64,000 nucleotides of DNA from Syntrophales bacterium (GTDB lineage Bacteria; Desulfobacterota; Syntrophia; Syntrophales; UBA4778). The notes under the pieces were generated by a model, which saw nothing but the letters and a program-made list of their open reading frames with translations, ran no database searches and was not told the origin of the DNA. The stretch spans positions 1 to 64,000 of the forward strand of contig CAXXQE010000007.1 in NCBI GenBank assembly GCA_963665615.2, given 5' to 3'. Below are positions 41,139 to 49,280 of this stretch, in pieces. The position numbers were made by a program, and so were the translations under genes. Positions within the stretch are counted from its first letter, which is position 1; the number at the start of each line of letters is the position of its first letter.

Positions 41139-41570
41139 TTGTATGACACTTTATTTTACCCTATAAGGCATATCATGACAGAACTGGAAGAAACATATCT
41201 GGAGAAACGAACCAGAGAAAGAAAGCAGGCGAGGGGGCTCCTTGACAATATGAAACGCCTTGGCCTTATCCTTGAGTTGCTAGGCCCCTTCCTTGGAGTC
41301 GTGACCCAGATGGACGCACGGGAAAAGCGAGAGTATATCCGGGCATATATGCAGGGATGGCGCAAAAGGCACCCTAGCGAGCGGTACCGTACACCAGAAA
41401 GTCACCGTGAGTACATGCGGGCATGGTATAGTGGAAACCGCGACAAGATGAAAAATAACTGGCACAGATATTACGAAAAGTTGCGCTCCGATCCCGTCAG
41501 GTGGCAAGCATACAAGAACCGCAAGAAAAGGGAAGGAAGGCGGACGGCGAGCGAGTCGAAGGGCAAATGA
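41139..41570 (+). CDS. Basic, Arg/Tyr-rich hypothetical protein (start uncertain)
   Basis: Repeated REY.RA.. helices; co-oriented with the replication module. Confidence 0.55.
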   Translation: MYDTLFYPIRHIMTELEETYLEKRTRERKQARGLLDNMKRLGLILELLGPFLGVVTQMDAREKREYIRAYMQGWRKRHPSERYRTPESHREYMRAWYSGNRDKMKNNWHRYYEKLRSDPVRWQAYKNRKKREGRRTASESKGK

Positions 41571-41757
41571 TCTTTAACCTTTTTTCGGAAGAATTGGAGG
41601 TAAGCCATTATTTTATTGACTCCGATATGTTATCGGAGTATTCAACTCAGTAATTTCCATATCTAAGCATCATCCTTCATCCATTCACAATTAACATGAG
41701 TAGCCCCTGGCTCTGCCGGAAGTATATAGATTGAAATCAATATACCTGGAGGTGATC

Positions 41758-42018
41758 ATGTCTAAGCAAATTTTATTTTTAATGTCACTGGCCATTACTC
41801 TTTGTAGTTCCATTCCGGTTCTTGCTGCAACTGATTATAAGTGCATGGCTGATTGCACGGGGAAGGGATACCAATATCAGTACTGTCAAGAAGCCTGCTC
41901 TTATAATCCAATACAGCCACAAACACCCAAGACTCCTCAAACTGATTATAAGTGCATGGCTGATTGCACGGGGAAGGGATACCAATATCAGTACTGTAAA
42001 GAACAGTGCTCTTACTAA
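41758..42018 (+). CDS. Secreted Cys-rich miniprotein with two tandem 4-Cys modules
   Basis: GGAGG RBS, signal peptide, TDYKCMADCTGKGYQYQYCxExCSY twice. Confidence 0.8.
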   Translation: MSKQILFLMSLAITLCSSIPVLAATDYKCMADCTGKGYQYQYCQEACSYNPIQPQTPKTPQTDYKCMADCTGKGYQYQYCKEQCSY

Positions 42019-42066
42019 GGTTAATTTAATTTTGTTAAATGAACATAGAAAGAGAGCGCTTGGGAG

Positions 42067-42348
42067 ATGAAATATGGATCTTTTATAATATTCTTTTTTC
42101 TAATTGTAATATTGACTGTACCTCCGGTATTTGCAGGTGGCGATAATGCTGTGGCCAGCAATAAGAATCAAGGATTAACCAGTGAACAAACTGAAATGTT
42201 AATAAATATGATGCAAAACGTGAACAGCACGCCGTGAGATGCAGAGCTTGAAGCAATTAGGATGGAGGCAGCCTCAAGACTTCCGCGGAGCGTATACGAA
42301 CAAGAAATAGGAAATATAATTAAAGGATATATCGCCGCAAAAAAATAG
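42067..42348 (+). pseudogene. Small exported protein interrupted by in-frame TGA (42235-42237)
   Basis: MKYGSFIIFFFLIVILTVPPVFA signal peptide; frame continues 36 codons past the TGA. Confidence 0.45.
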
Positions 42349-42460
42349 GTATTTTGTCTCACGATCCTTACGAATTAATGGAATTTGGTAAACACGAAAT
42401 CAGTAAATAGATTGCTTTAAGGTGATGAACTTGTTCAACTAAAATAGGTGAACTTCGGTC

Positions 42461-42733
42461 ATGTCAAACTTGTCAGGAGTGCCATCTAATGTATTTTACA
42501 TCATTCTAAAAAGTCTAGTTGTCATGGTGATTATTATACGGTTGTGCTCATCGAAGACAGAGTTTTGGGCAGGTACACCAAAATTCATAAAATTGATTCC
42601 CGGCATAATCGGAGCTGTATGGTTATTTTCCATCTGGAATTCACCTCAATATGATGATGAACCAGATCGTATGTCTGCTGTATTTCCTATCTTACTGATT
42701 TTGTTTTCCTACATCTTGTATAAAGACTCCTAA
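42461..42733 (+). CDS. Small membrane protein
   Basis: 90 aa with three hydrophobic segments. Confidence 0.6.
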   Translation: MSNLSGVPSNVFYIILKSLVVMVIIIRLCSSKTEFWAGTPKFIKLIPGIIGAVWLFSIWNSPQYDDEPDRMSAVFPILLILFSYILYKDS

Positions 42734-42958
42734 TAGATTTTTTCAAAAAGTGAGTGGGGAGTGGTGGGGCTTTTGGGTAAACAGTGCTAAAAAGAACAAA
42801 TTGAATAATGATTATAAGTCTTGTAATTCTGACCGCTCAATTTGCAATTTTATGACATTGCAATGCCGTAATGCAGGTGGACTTGTGATACTCAGTTTTC
42901 GATAAAGGCAAGAATTTGAGCGAGCATTAAGTGAAGGGGGCCCTGCGCCCCCTTCTTT

Positions 42959-43618
42959 TTATCTTCTTCTCAGCCATGCAAGGCATGGCAGGCCTATGAA
43001 CAGCAAGAGAAGGCAGGATGGTTCGGGCAGGTTGCTAAAGGGGATATCTGCGTAGGCGAAGTTTTCTCCTCCGCCCCATCCCCATTCTGGCTCAGTAAAT
43101 GAGACCATGCTAGCAACTAGAGTCAACCTGTAAATATGCGACGAATCCCATGCATCATACGAAAGAAACATACCTTCTGGCGACGCATACGCTAAAGTTA
43201 TCCCAGCCGTAATGTCCTCTATGTATGCTTCCGCAGACCCATCAGCCCAAGGCAACCCGGCCTCCAGGTAAATTTCGGGGCCAAGCCCCTTGAAATTTGG
43301 ACGGAATAATATAATTTCTTTGGCATCTGCGTAAGCGTATGCATTTTCTACGTTCCCGTTTTTGACATTATCAAAATAAAGATCAGACGACACCCAAGTC
43401 TCAACGGATAGAAGGCCAATGGACGCATCGCTTAACGCCGAGCCCCATGCATCGCTGATTGATCCGTGCGTCGTTCCCGTATAATCTGCGGTCTGTATCG
43501 GGTCGATAAGGCCTCCATCAACTGAGCAGGTCATGCTAATCAATGAAAATGTTCCTGCCCCTGCCACCCCACTAAACGCAAAAAAGCACACCACCGCCAA
43601 AAGTGCAATCCTTCGCAT
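42959..43618 (-). CDS. PEP-CTERM protein, array copy 4
   Basis: MRRIALLAVVCFFAFSGVAGA signal peptide; LPEPSCLLLLFIGLPCLAWLRRR tail. Confidence 0.9.
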   Translation of the reverse strand: MRRIALLAVVCFFAFSGVAGAGTFSLISMTCSVDGGLIDPIQTADYTGTTHGSISDAWGSALSDASIGLLSVETWVSSDLYFDNVKNGNVENAYAYADAKEIILFRPNFKGLGPEIYLEAGLPWADGSAEAYIEDITAGITLAYASPEGMFLSYDAWDSSHIYRLTLVASMVSFTEPEWGWGGGENFAYADIPFSNLPEPSCLLLLFIGLPCLAWLRRR

Positions 43619-43698
43619 ATACCCCCCCATGAGATGTCTATATAAAAAATCTAATGATATCGCTTTGTTTTTTAAAGGGGCCCTGCGCCCCCTTCTTT

Positions 43699-44358
43699 TT
43701 ATCTTCTTCTCAGCCATGCAAGGCACGGCAGGCCAATGCCAAGCAAGAGAAGACAGGATGGTTCGGGCAGGTTGCTAAAGGGGATATCTGCGTAGGCGAA
43801 GTTTTCTCCTCCGCCCCATCCCCATTCTGGCTCAGTAAATGAGACCATGCTAGCAACTAGAGTCAACCTGTAAATATGCGACGAATCCCATGCATCATAC
43901 GAAAGAAACATACCTTCTGGCGACGCATACGCTAAAGTTATCCCAGCCGTAATGTCCTCTATGTATGCTTCCGCAGACCCATCAGCCCAAGGCAACCCGG
44001 CCTCCAGGTAAATTTCGGGGCCAAGCCCCTTGAAATTTGGACGGAATAATATAATTTCTTTGGCATCTGCGTAAGCGTATGCATTTTCTACGTTCCCGTT
44101 TTTGACATTATCAAAATAAAGATCAGACGACACCCAAGTCTCAACGGATAGAAGGCCAATGGACGCATCGCTTAACGCCGAGCCCCATGCATCGCTGATT
44201 GATCCGTGCGTCGTTCCCGTATAATCTGCGGTCTGTATCGGGTCGATAAGGCCTCCATCAACTGAGCAGGTCATGCTAATCAATGAAAATGTTCCTGCCC
44301 CTGCCACCCCACTAAACGCAAAAAAGCACACCACCGCCAAAAGTGCAATCCTTCGCAT
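43699..44358 (-). CDS. PEP-CTERM protein, array copy 3 (mature domain identical to copy 4)
   Basis: 740-bp tandem duplication; tail LPEPSCLLLLGIGLPCLAWLRRR. Confidence 0.9.
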   Translation of the reverse strand: MRRIALLAVVCFFAFSGVAGAGTFSLISMTCSVDGGLIDPIQTADYTGTTHGSISDAWGSALSDASIGLLSVETWVSSDLYFDNVKNGNVENAYAYADAKEIILFRPNFKGLGPEIYLEAGLPWADGSAEAYIEDITAGITLAYASPEGMFLSYDAWDSSHIYRLTLVASMVSFTEPEWGWGGGENFAYADIPFSNLPEPSCLLLLGIGLPCLAWLRRR

Positions 44359-44438
44359 ATACCCCCCCATGAGATGTCTATATAAAAAATCTAATGATAT
44401 CGCTTTGTTTTTTAAAGGGGCCCTGCGCCCCCTTCTTT

Positions 44439-45122
44439 TTATCTTCTTCTCAGCCATGCAAGGCACGGCAGGCCAATGCCAAGCAAGAGAAGGCAGGATG
44501 GTTCGGGTACCGGCGATATGTCCGCGCTGATATAGGAAATTGCGGCGGGGCAATCTTCCATTGAGTAACCGTCTGCCAACATCGTCAGTTCATAATTGTG
44601 CGACGGGTCAAGAATGAATTTGCAAATGCTATTATCAGAGATTGAGTCCATAATCATGAGCCCGAATATGAGAACGTCACCATTCGTCAAATCTTTCAGC
44701 GTCATCTTTTCGCCTGGCCACCCGTAAAACTTCCAAGTAGACATCATGTATGGTCTAAAAACTAGGTCGATATAGGCTTTGTTTTTGATATATCCACTTT
44801 GAGGGCTGAAAAAACCAGTCCACATAGAGGCGCTAAAAATTGATCCATCAAAATTAGAATTAAGTGATGCGAGGGCTATGTCGTCACCGCCGCTTATCAT
44901 GTCGAACATATTTACCGGCGACGACATGCTTTCGTGAAAGAAGCTTTTAGAATAAGGGGTGTAAATATCTTCCCCCGTTTCTTCGTCAAAACCAACATAT
45001 TCACGGCCGCCAAGTTCGCCAGAAATGCTCTGGTATAGCGTTTTGATCTCGTATAGATCGGCCCCCGCCACCCCGCCAAACGCAAAAAAGCACACCACCG
45101 CCAAAAGTGCAATCCTTCGCAT
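44439..45122 (-). CDS. PEP-CTERM protein, array copy 2
   Basis: Near-identical signal peptide and tail (VPEPSC...), divergent mature domain. Confidence 0.9.
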   Translation of the reverse strand: MRRIALLAVVCFFAFGGVAGADLYEIKTLYQSISGELGGREYVGFDEETGEDIYTPYSKSFFHESMSSPVNMFDMISGGDDIALASLNSNFDGSIFSASMWTGFFSPQSGYIKNKAYIDLVFRPYMMSTWKFYGWPGEKMTLKDLTNGDVLIFGLMIMDSISDNSICKFILDPSHNYELTMLADGYSMEDCPAAISYISADISPVPEPSCLLLLGIGLPCLAWLRRR

Positions 45123-45202
45123 ATACCCCCCCATGAGATGTCTATATAAAAAATCTAATGATATCGCTTTGTTTTTTAAAGGGGCCCTGCGCCCCCTTCT
45201 TT

Positions 45203-45868
45203 TTATCTTCTTCTCAGCCATGCAAGGCACGGCAGGCCAATGCCAAGCAAGAGAAGACAGGATGGTTCGGGTATAGTTGCATAACTCCCGGCGTAGAGGC
45301 GTAATCTTAAAAATTCGTTATTATGCACTTGGATTTGTTTGGTGTATAATTTTGTAACAACACTTTCCCCTGGTACCAATATGTCAAAAGAATCGATAGG
45401 ATAAAAATCCCCAAATCCTAGGGCGATAAATGCACGTGCCTCCGGTCTTGGTTCGATTTTGTTATTAATAATATCAGTTACTTTTGCTTCTAAAGTATAT
45501 TCGCATGACAAGACAATGTATCCATCTCCAGACACCTTGTAATCCTGCGTAATTCTAGCATACGAATTTTCGTTTCTATAATAAGGTGCTAGGCCTGCTA
45601 TGGCAGATGTCGAGAAGGTATAATGGTCATTGTCTTCTGCTGTCACGGAAGCATTGTATCCTTCAGTATACAGCCAATGATAGCCCATTTTATGCATTGT
45701 CACCCCCGCCCCCGCAATTATCTGCAAGTCATTCGAGAATGAAGCAGCCGACATGGGGTCGCCATACGATCTACCGGGATATAGAAGGACAATTAAAAGT
45801 AATGAAATAAAAAAAGACACCAATGCTCGATAATGAGCCCCCACCGCCCACAACGCGACCCGTTTCAT
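45203..45868 (-). CDS. PEP-CTERM protein, array copy 1
   Basis: MKRVALWAV start just downstream of the sigma54 promoter; IPEPSCLLLLGIGLPCLAWLRRR tail. Confidence 0.88.
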   Translation of the reverse strand: MKRVALWAVGAHYRALVSFFISLLLIVLLYPGRSYGDPMSAASFSNDLQIIAGAGVTMHKMGYHWLYTEGYNASVTAEDNDHYTFSTSAIAGLAPYYRNENSYARITQDYKVSGDGYIVLSCEYTLEAKVTDIINNKIEPRPEARAFIALGFGDFYPIDSFDILVPGESVVTKLYTKQIQVHNNEFLRLRLYAGSYATIPEPSCLLLLGIGLPCLAWLRRR

Positions 45869-45913
45869 TTCGCACCCCCGCCAAGGAATTATGTAGTAGG
45901 ACAGCGAGGGAAG

Positions 45914-46031
45914 TGCAATATTTGCGCCAGGCGTGTAAGTATTTATGAATATTAACGTGCTTGAAAATTGGTGAAGGAAAACTTCTAAAAAACTGTAAGG
46001 CATACCTTACGTCGAGTCGGTGAAGTTTACA
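45914..46031 (-). promoter_or_regulatory. sigma54 promoter and enhancer box of the PEP-CTERM array
   Basis: Minus strand TGGCGCAAATATTGCA (45914-45929, GG-N10-GC); AGTCGG-N5-TTTACA at 46015-46031 = TGTAAA-N5-CCGACT on the minus strand. Confidence 0.8.
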
Positions 46032-46299
46032 ACGCATTCGTTGGCGATTAGCAGGGAAGGGTATATTTAAAAATCTTTTGCGTTTCCTTGGCGCCGCTTT
46101 GTAAGTGCCTTATATTAGTGCGCTACGGTTGGTTCGATTCCCACCTCTGTCAATATTGTCTCTCGCTACCGGTCGTCAAGACTAAGTGGATCTACAATAC
46201 CCACTTAGTGATTTCTAAAATTTCCCCGCGCGATGTCCGATGATGAGTTGTTAGGGCCGGGTGCTGGGGCTTTTCAGAGAACACAAATTGAACGGAAAA

Positions 46300-46325
46300 C
46301 TAAAAAGTGGGGACAGCGCGGGGAC
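46300..46325 (+). repeat. Putative integrase arm-type sites (right)
   Basis: CTAAAAAGTGGGGACAGCGCGGGGAC, matches 35463-35488. Confidence 0.75.
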
Positions 46326-46384
46326 AAAATAAAGAAATGAGAAAGGCGAGAGAGTTGCTATACGATGTAACGTATTGAAAATAT

Positions 46385-46461
46385 TGGTACCCCCGCCGCG
46401 ATTCGAACGCGGGACACCCAGATTAGGAATCTGGTGCTCTATCCTGCTGAGCTACGGGGGC
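46385..46461 (-). tRNA. tRNA-Arg(CCT)
   Basis: GCCCCCG/CGGGGGT acceptor stem, TAGCTCAG, CCAGA-TTCCTAA-TCTGG anticodon arm, GTTCGAATC, encoded CCA; 77 nt. Confidence 0.97.
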
Positions 46462-46521
46462 ATTTATTGAGCAAATCGAAGCCTCTAGCAAACGGAGGAT
46501 TTAAAAAGCAAGAATGGCGAC

Positions 46522-47445
46522 TTAACACGATTTACAGGGCCTGTCAATCGATGTGTTGCAATAGTATTCAATGACCCGATGGGGACCGAAGTCGGCGATC
46601 TTGAGATCTTTAGCTGCCGCATCCCGGTAGGCCGCCTCCGGGATCAGCCCGATCAGTTCCGACTCGAGAATTTTTACGCCGTGTTGTTTGGCTTTCTTGC
46701 GGACCGTTTCGTACACCACGCTCATCGGTGTTACTCGATAGTCCAGCAGGTTCATGGAAACCTGCACGATTCTGCGACTTTTGAGAAAGAGACCGAGGGC
46801 CCGAACGCGGGGGAGGCCGCCGTGCGCGGCCTCTCGGATTTCGCTGGCGATTTGACGTGCTATATGAACGTCGTCGGTCGTTAGATTGATATTGAAGGCG
46901 ATCAGAGGGAACCTGGCGCCCACGGCCGCGGCGCCGCGATTGGGATCAAACGTGCAGGGGCCCGCATCGGGCGCCCAGGCGGGATCCTCCAGTTTCATCT
47001 GAAGCCCTTCGTAACCGCCGCGGCGAATATCAGGCAATTCCCTTCTATTTTTATTAAGCGCCGCCTCGCCGTAAAAATAGACAGGGATCTGATTGTGTTG
47101 AGCGAAGGCGCGTCCGAAGCGGTGCGCCGTTTCAGCCGCCTCGGCCATGGTGCTTTCGCCTAGTGGAATGAAGGGCACGACATCGACCGCGCCAATTCGC
47201 GGGTGAACGCCCTCATGGCGTGACAGATCGATCAGCGTGATGGCCATGTTGCACAGCGCCAGGGCCGCAGCTACGATCGTCTCTGGATCGGCAATGAAGG
47301 TAAAAACGGTGCGGTTGTGATCGGGATCGGCGGAGACGTTCAGGAGTTGGCCGTTGCGCGTCCCGGCAACGGCTTCGGCCATCAGTTCGATTTTCCCCCG
47401 GTCTCGTCCTTCACTGATATTGGCAACGCATTCGATGATCTTCAT
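46522..47445 (-). CDS. ftcD: Glutamate formiminotransferase
   Basis: IIECVANISEGRD, DPDHNRTV, HEGVHPRIGAVDVVPF, GARFPLIAFNINL, QVSMNL. Confidence 0.93.
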   Translation of the reverse strand: MKIIECVANISEGRDRGKIELMAEAVAGTRNGQLLNVSADPDHNRTVFTFIADPETIVAAALALCNMAITLIDLSRHEGVHPRIGAVDVVPFIPLGESTMAEAAETAHRFGRAFAQHNQIPVYFYGEAALNKNRRELPDIRRGGYEGLQMKLEDPAWAPDAGPCTFDPNRGAAAVGARFPLIAFNINLTTDDVHIARQIASEIREAAHGGLPRVRALGLFLKSRRIVQVSMNLLDYRVTPMSVVYETVRKKAKQHGVKILESELIGLIPEAAYRDAAAKDLKIADFGPHRVIEYYCNTSIDRPCKSC

Positions 47446-48086
47446 GGCACCTGATAAAATTTGATCGCGGGAAGTTCAAGACAAGTAAGTTTCCCGCGGT
47501 AAACAGCGGCCGTGTCGATGCCGATTTTATATGGGTCGATATAGGGTTCACCGTGCTGAGGGGTATGACCGAAGATGACGCGCTTGCCGAAATTGTAGTC
47601 CGAGGCGATGAAATCATCGCGTATCCATATCATGTCGTTGAGCGTCTGTTCAGCGATCGGCACCCCCGGCTTCAACCCTGCGTGAACGAAAATGTATTCC
47701 TCCGTTTCGTAATAGGGCAACAGGGAACGGAAGAAGATCAGGTGTTCCTGGGGAATGTCGATCCGTCTTCCCTTTGGCGTCTCTATGAGTCCATAGGCAT
47801 CGATGGTTTGGATCCCGCCATTGGCCAGCCATGTATCCCGGTTGATGCCGTGGTCATAGAAATCCAGGAGAAGGCGTTCGTGGTTGCCGATCAGACAGAC
47901 GACACGATGGGTCTGTCTCAGCGCGAGGATAAAATCGACGACACCCTTCGGGGCGGGACCGCGATCGATGTAATCTCCCATGAAAACGATCCGATCCTTT
48001 TCGGGATCGACCGGCAACCGGGTCATCAGGTCTTGAAGCAGCGACAGGCATCCGTGGATGTCGCCGATAGCGAAAATTTTTTCCAT
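47442..48086 (-). CDS. Metallophosphoesterase (PPP-family Ser/Thr phosphatase-like)
   Basis: GDIHG, GDYIDRG, GNHE, VHAG, FGHTP, IDT. Confidence 0.93.
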   Translation of the reverse strand: MEKIFAIGDIHGCLSLLQDLMTRLPVDPEKDRIVFMGDYIDRGPAPKGVVDFILALRQTHRVVCLIGNHERLLLDFYDHGINRDTWLANGGIQTIDAYGLIETPKGRRIDIPQEHLIFFRSLLPYYETEEYIFVHAGLKPGVPIAEQTLNDMIWIRDDFIASDYNFGKRVIFGHTPQHGEPYIDPYKIGIDTAAVYRGKLTCLELPAIKFYQVP

Positions 48087-48231
48087 GGCGCAACTCTAAC
48101 AGGAGGGGCAGTGAATAGTAAATAGGGAAAAAAGTGACGCGTCACAAGTCACGGGGGTCTTTTTTCGCTTGTCACTTGTTACCCGTTGCTTTACTTTTTT
48201 TTGACTCGTCACTTGTAACCTGTCACTGCCT

Positions 48232-49164
48232 CTAAAACAGCGCGTTGACGAAAGCTTCCGCATCGAAGGGTCTCAAATCGTCTATCCCTTCGCCGACGCC
48301 GATATAGCGGATCGGAACGTTCAGTTCCTTAGCGATTCTGACCACGATACCCCCTTTGGCGGTGCCATCGAGCTTGGTCAGCACGATGCCGGTAATGCCC
48401 GCGCCTTCACTGAAGATCTTGGCCTGATTGATGGCGTTTTGCCCGGTTGTGGCATCCAGGACGAGAAGCACCTCATCGGGCGCTCCCGGGATTTCGCGTT
48501 CGAGGATGCGCCGCATTTTTTTAAGTTCCTCCATCAGGTTGACTTTCGTGTGGAGACGTCCCGCTGTGTCAATGATCACGAGGTTTGTCTTTTGGGACAT
48601 TGCGGCGCGGATGGCATCGAAAACGACTGCGGAGGGATCAGCACCCATCTTCTGGCTGATCATAGGAACGTCGGCGCGCTTGCTCCAGACATCGAGCTGT
48701 TCGATGGCCGCGGCGCGGAAGGTGTCGGCTGCAACGATCATCACGGATCGGTCATCCTGTTTGAAATAACGGGCCAACTTGCCAATCGTCGTAGTCTTAC
48801 CGGCGCCGTTAACACCTACCACCATAACGGCGTAAAGACGGTCCCTGGGAATATCGGGGCTCGCTGCGGTGGTTTGAAGAATGCGCAACATGTAATCGCG
48901 CATGAGGCCGCGAAGCAGTTGTGCATTGCCGAGATCCTTGCGTTTAACCTGATCTTTCATTTCATCGATGAGGTCCTGCGTGAATACCGGCCCCATGTCT
49001 GCGGAAATCAGGGCCTCTTCAAGCTCATCGAAGAGTTCGTCGTCTATCTTGCGTTCTCCCAAGATGATCTGTTCGACATTTTTCAGAAAGCCTTCCTTGG
49101 TTTTGGTCAGGCCCCGCTTGAGTCTCTCGAAAAAACCACCTTCGTCCGCTTCCTTGTTAACCAT
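48232..49164 (-). CDS. ftsY: SRP receptor FtsY
   Basis: GVNGAGKTTT, DTFRAAA, DTAGR, TKLDGTAKGG. Confidence 0.97.
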   Translation of the reverse strand: MVNKEADEGGFFERLKRGLTKTKEGFLKNVEQIILGERKIDDELFDELEEALISADMGPVFTQDLIDEMKDQVKRKDLGNAQLLRGLMRDYMLRILQTTAASPDIPRDRLYAVMVVGVNGAGKTTTIGKLARYFKQDDRSVMIVAADTFRAAAIEQLDVWSKRADVPMISQKMGADPSAVVFDAIRAAMSQKTNLVIIDTAGRLHTKVNLMEELKKMRRILEREIPGAPDEVLLVLDATTGQNAINQAKIFSEGAGITGIVLTKLDGTAKGGIVVRIAKELNVPIRYIGVGEGIDDLRPFDAEAFVNALF

Positions 49165-49280
49165 GCCTTATGCCTCGATTCCGACTGTTATGGGTTTGGT
49201 GACAGGCGAGGGGGCCGTTCACCGAGTGCGTCATCAATTATCATTGTTTGGGTTTGATGAGAAGGGAAAAGAAACTGCTG

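Larger units (their letters stand above)
43557..45271. repeat. Three 211-bp junction repeats (43557-43767, 44297-44507, 45061-45271); partial fourth copy at about 42934-43027
   Basis: Each encodes a PEP-CTERM tail, stop, hairpin, spacer, RBS and the next signal peptide; only a few substitutions between copies. Confidence 0.95.
35288..46433. mobile_element. tRNA-Arg(CCT)-integrated element, satellite/PICI-like architecture; att-to-att distance 11,080 bp
   Basis: att direct repeats, tyrosine integrase, AlpA/Xis-like gene, primase-helicase and cargo; no recognisable capsid, terminase or conjugation genes. Confidence 0.92.

Noticed and set aside
42235..42237. Selenocysteine codon
   Set aside because: No redox-motif context and no convincing SECIS hairpin; a nonsense mutation or error is simpler
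43557..45271. CRISPR array or integron attC cassettes
   Set aside because: Repeats are 211 bp and protein-coding with about 530-550 bp between them; no cas genes; no attC core-site palindromes seen
42959..45868. Diversity-generating retroelement
   Set aside because: No reverse transcriptase in the window and no adenine-specific template/variable repeat pattern
43619..46003. Long N-terminal extensions of the PEP-CTERM ORFs in the ORF track (MPCMAEKK..., MPYSFLEV...)
   Set aside because: They overlap the upstream gene's tail or the promoter; the signal peptides and G-rich RBS place the starts at 43618, 44358, 45122 and 45868
35288..46433. Complete prophage or ICE
   Set aside because: No recognisable capsid, tail, terminase, lysis, relaxase or T4SS genes
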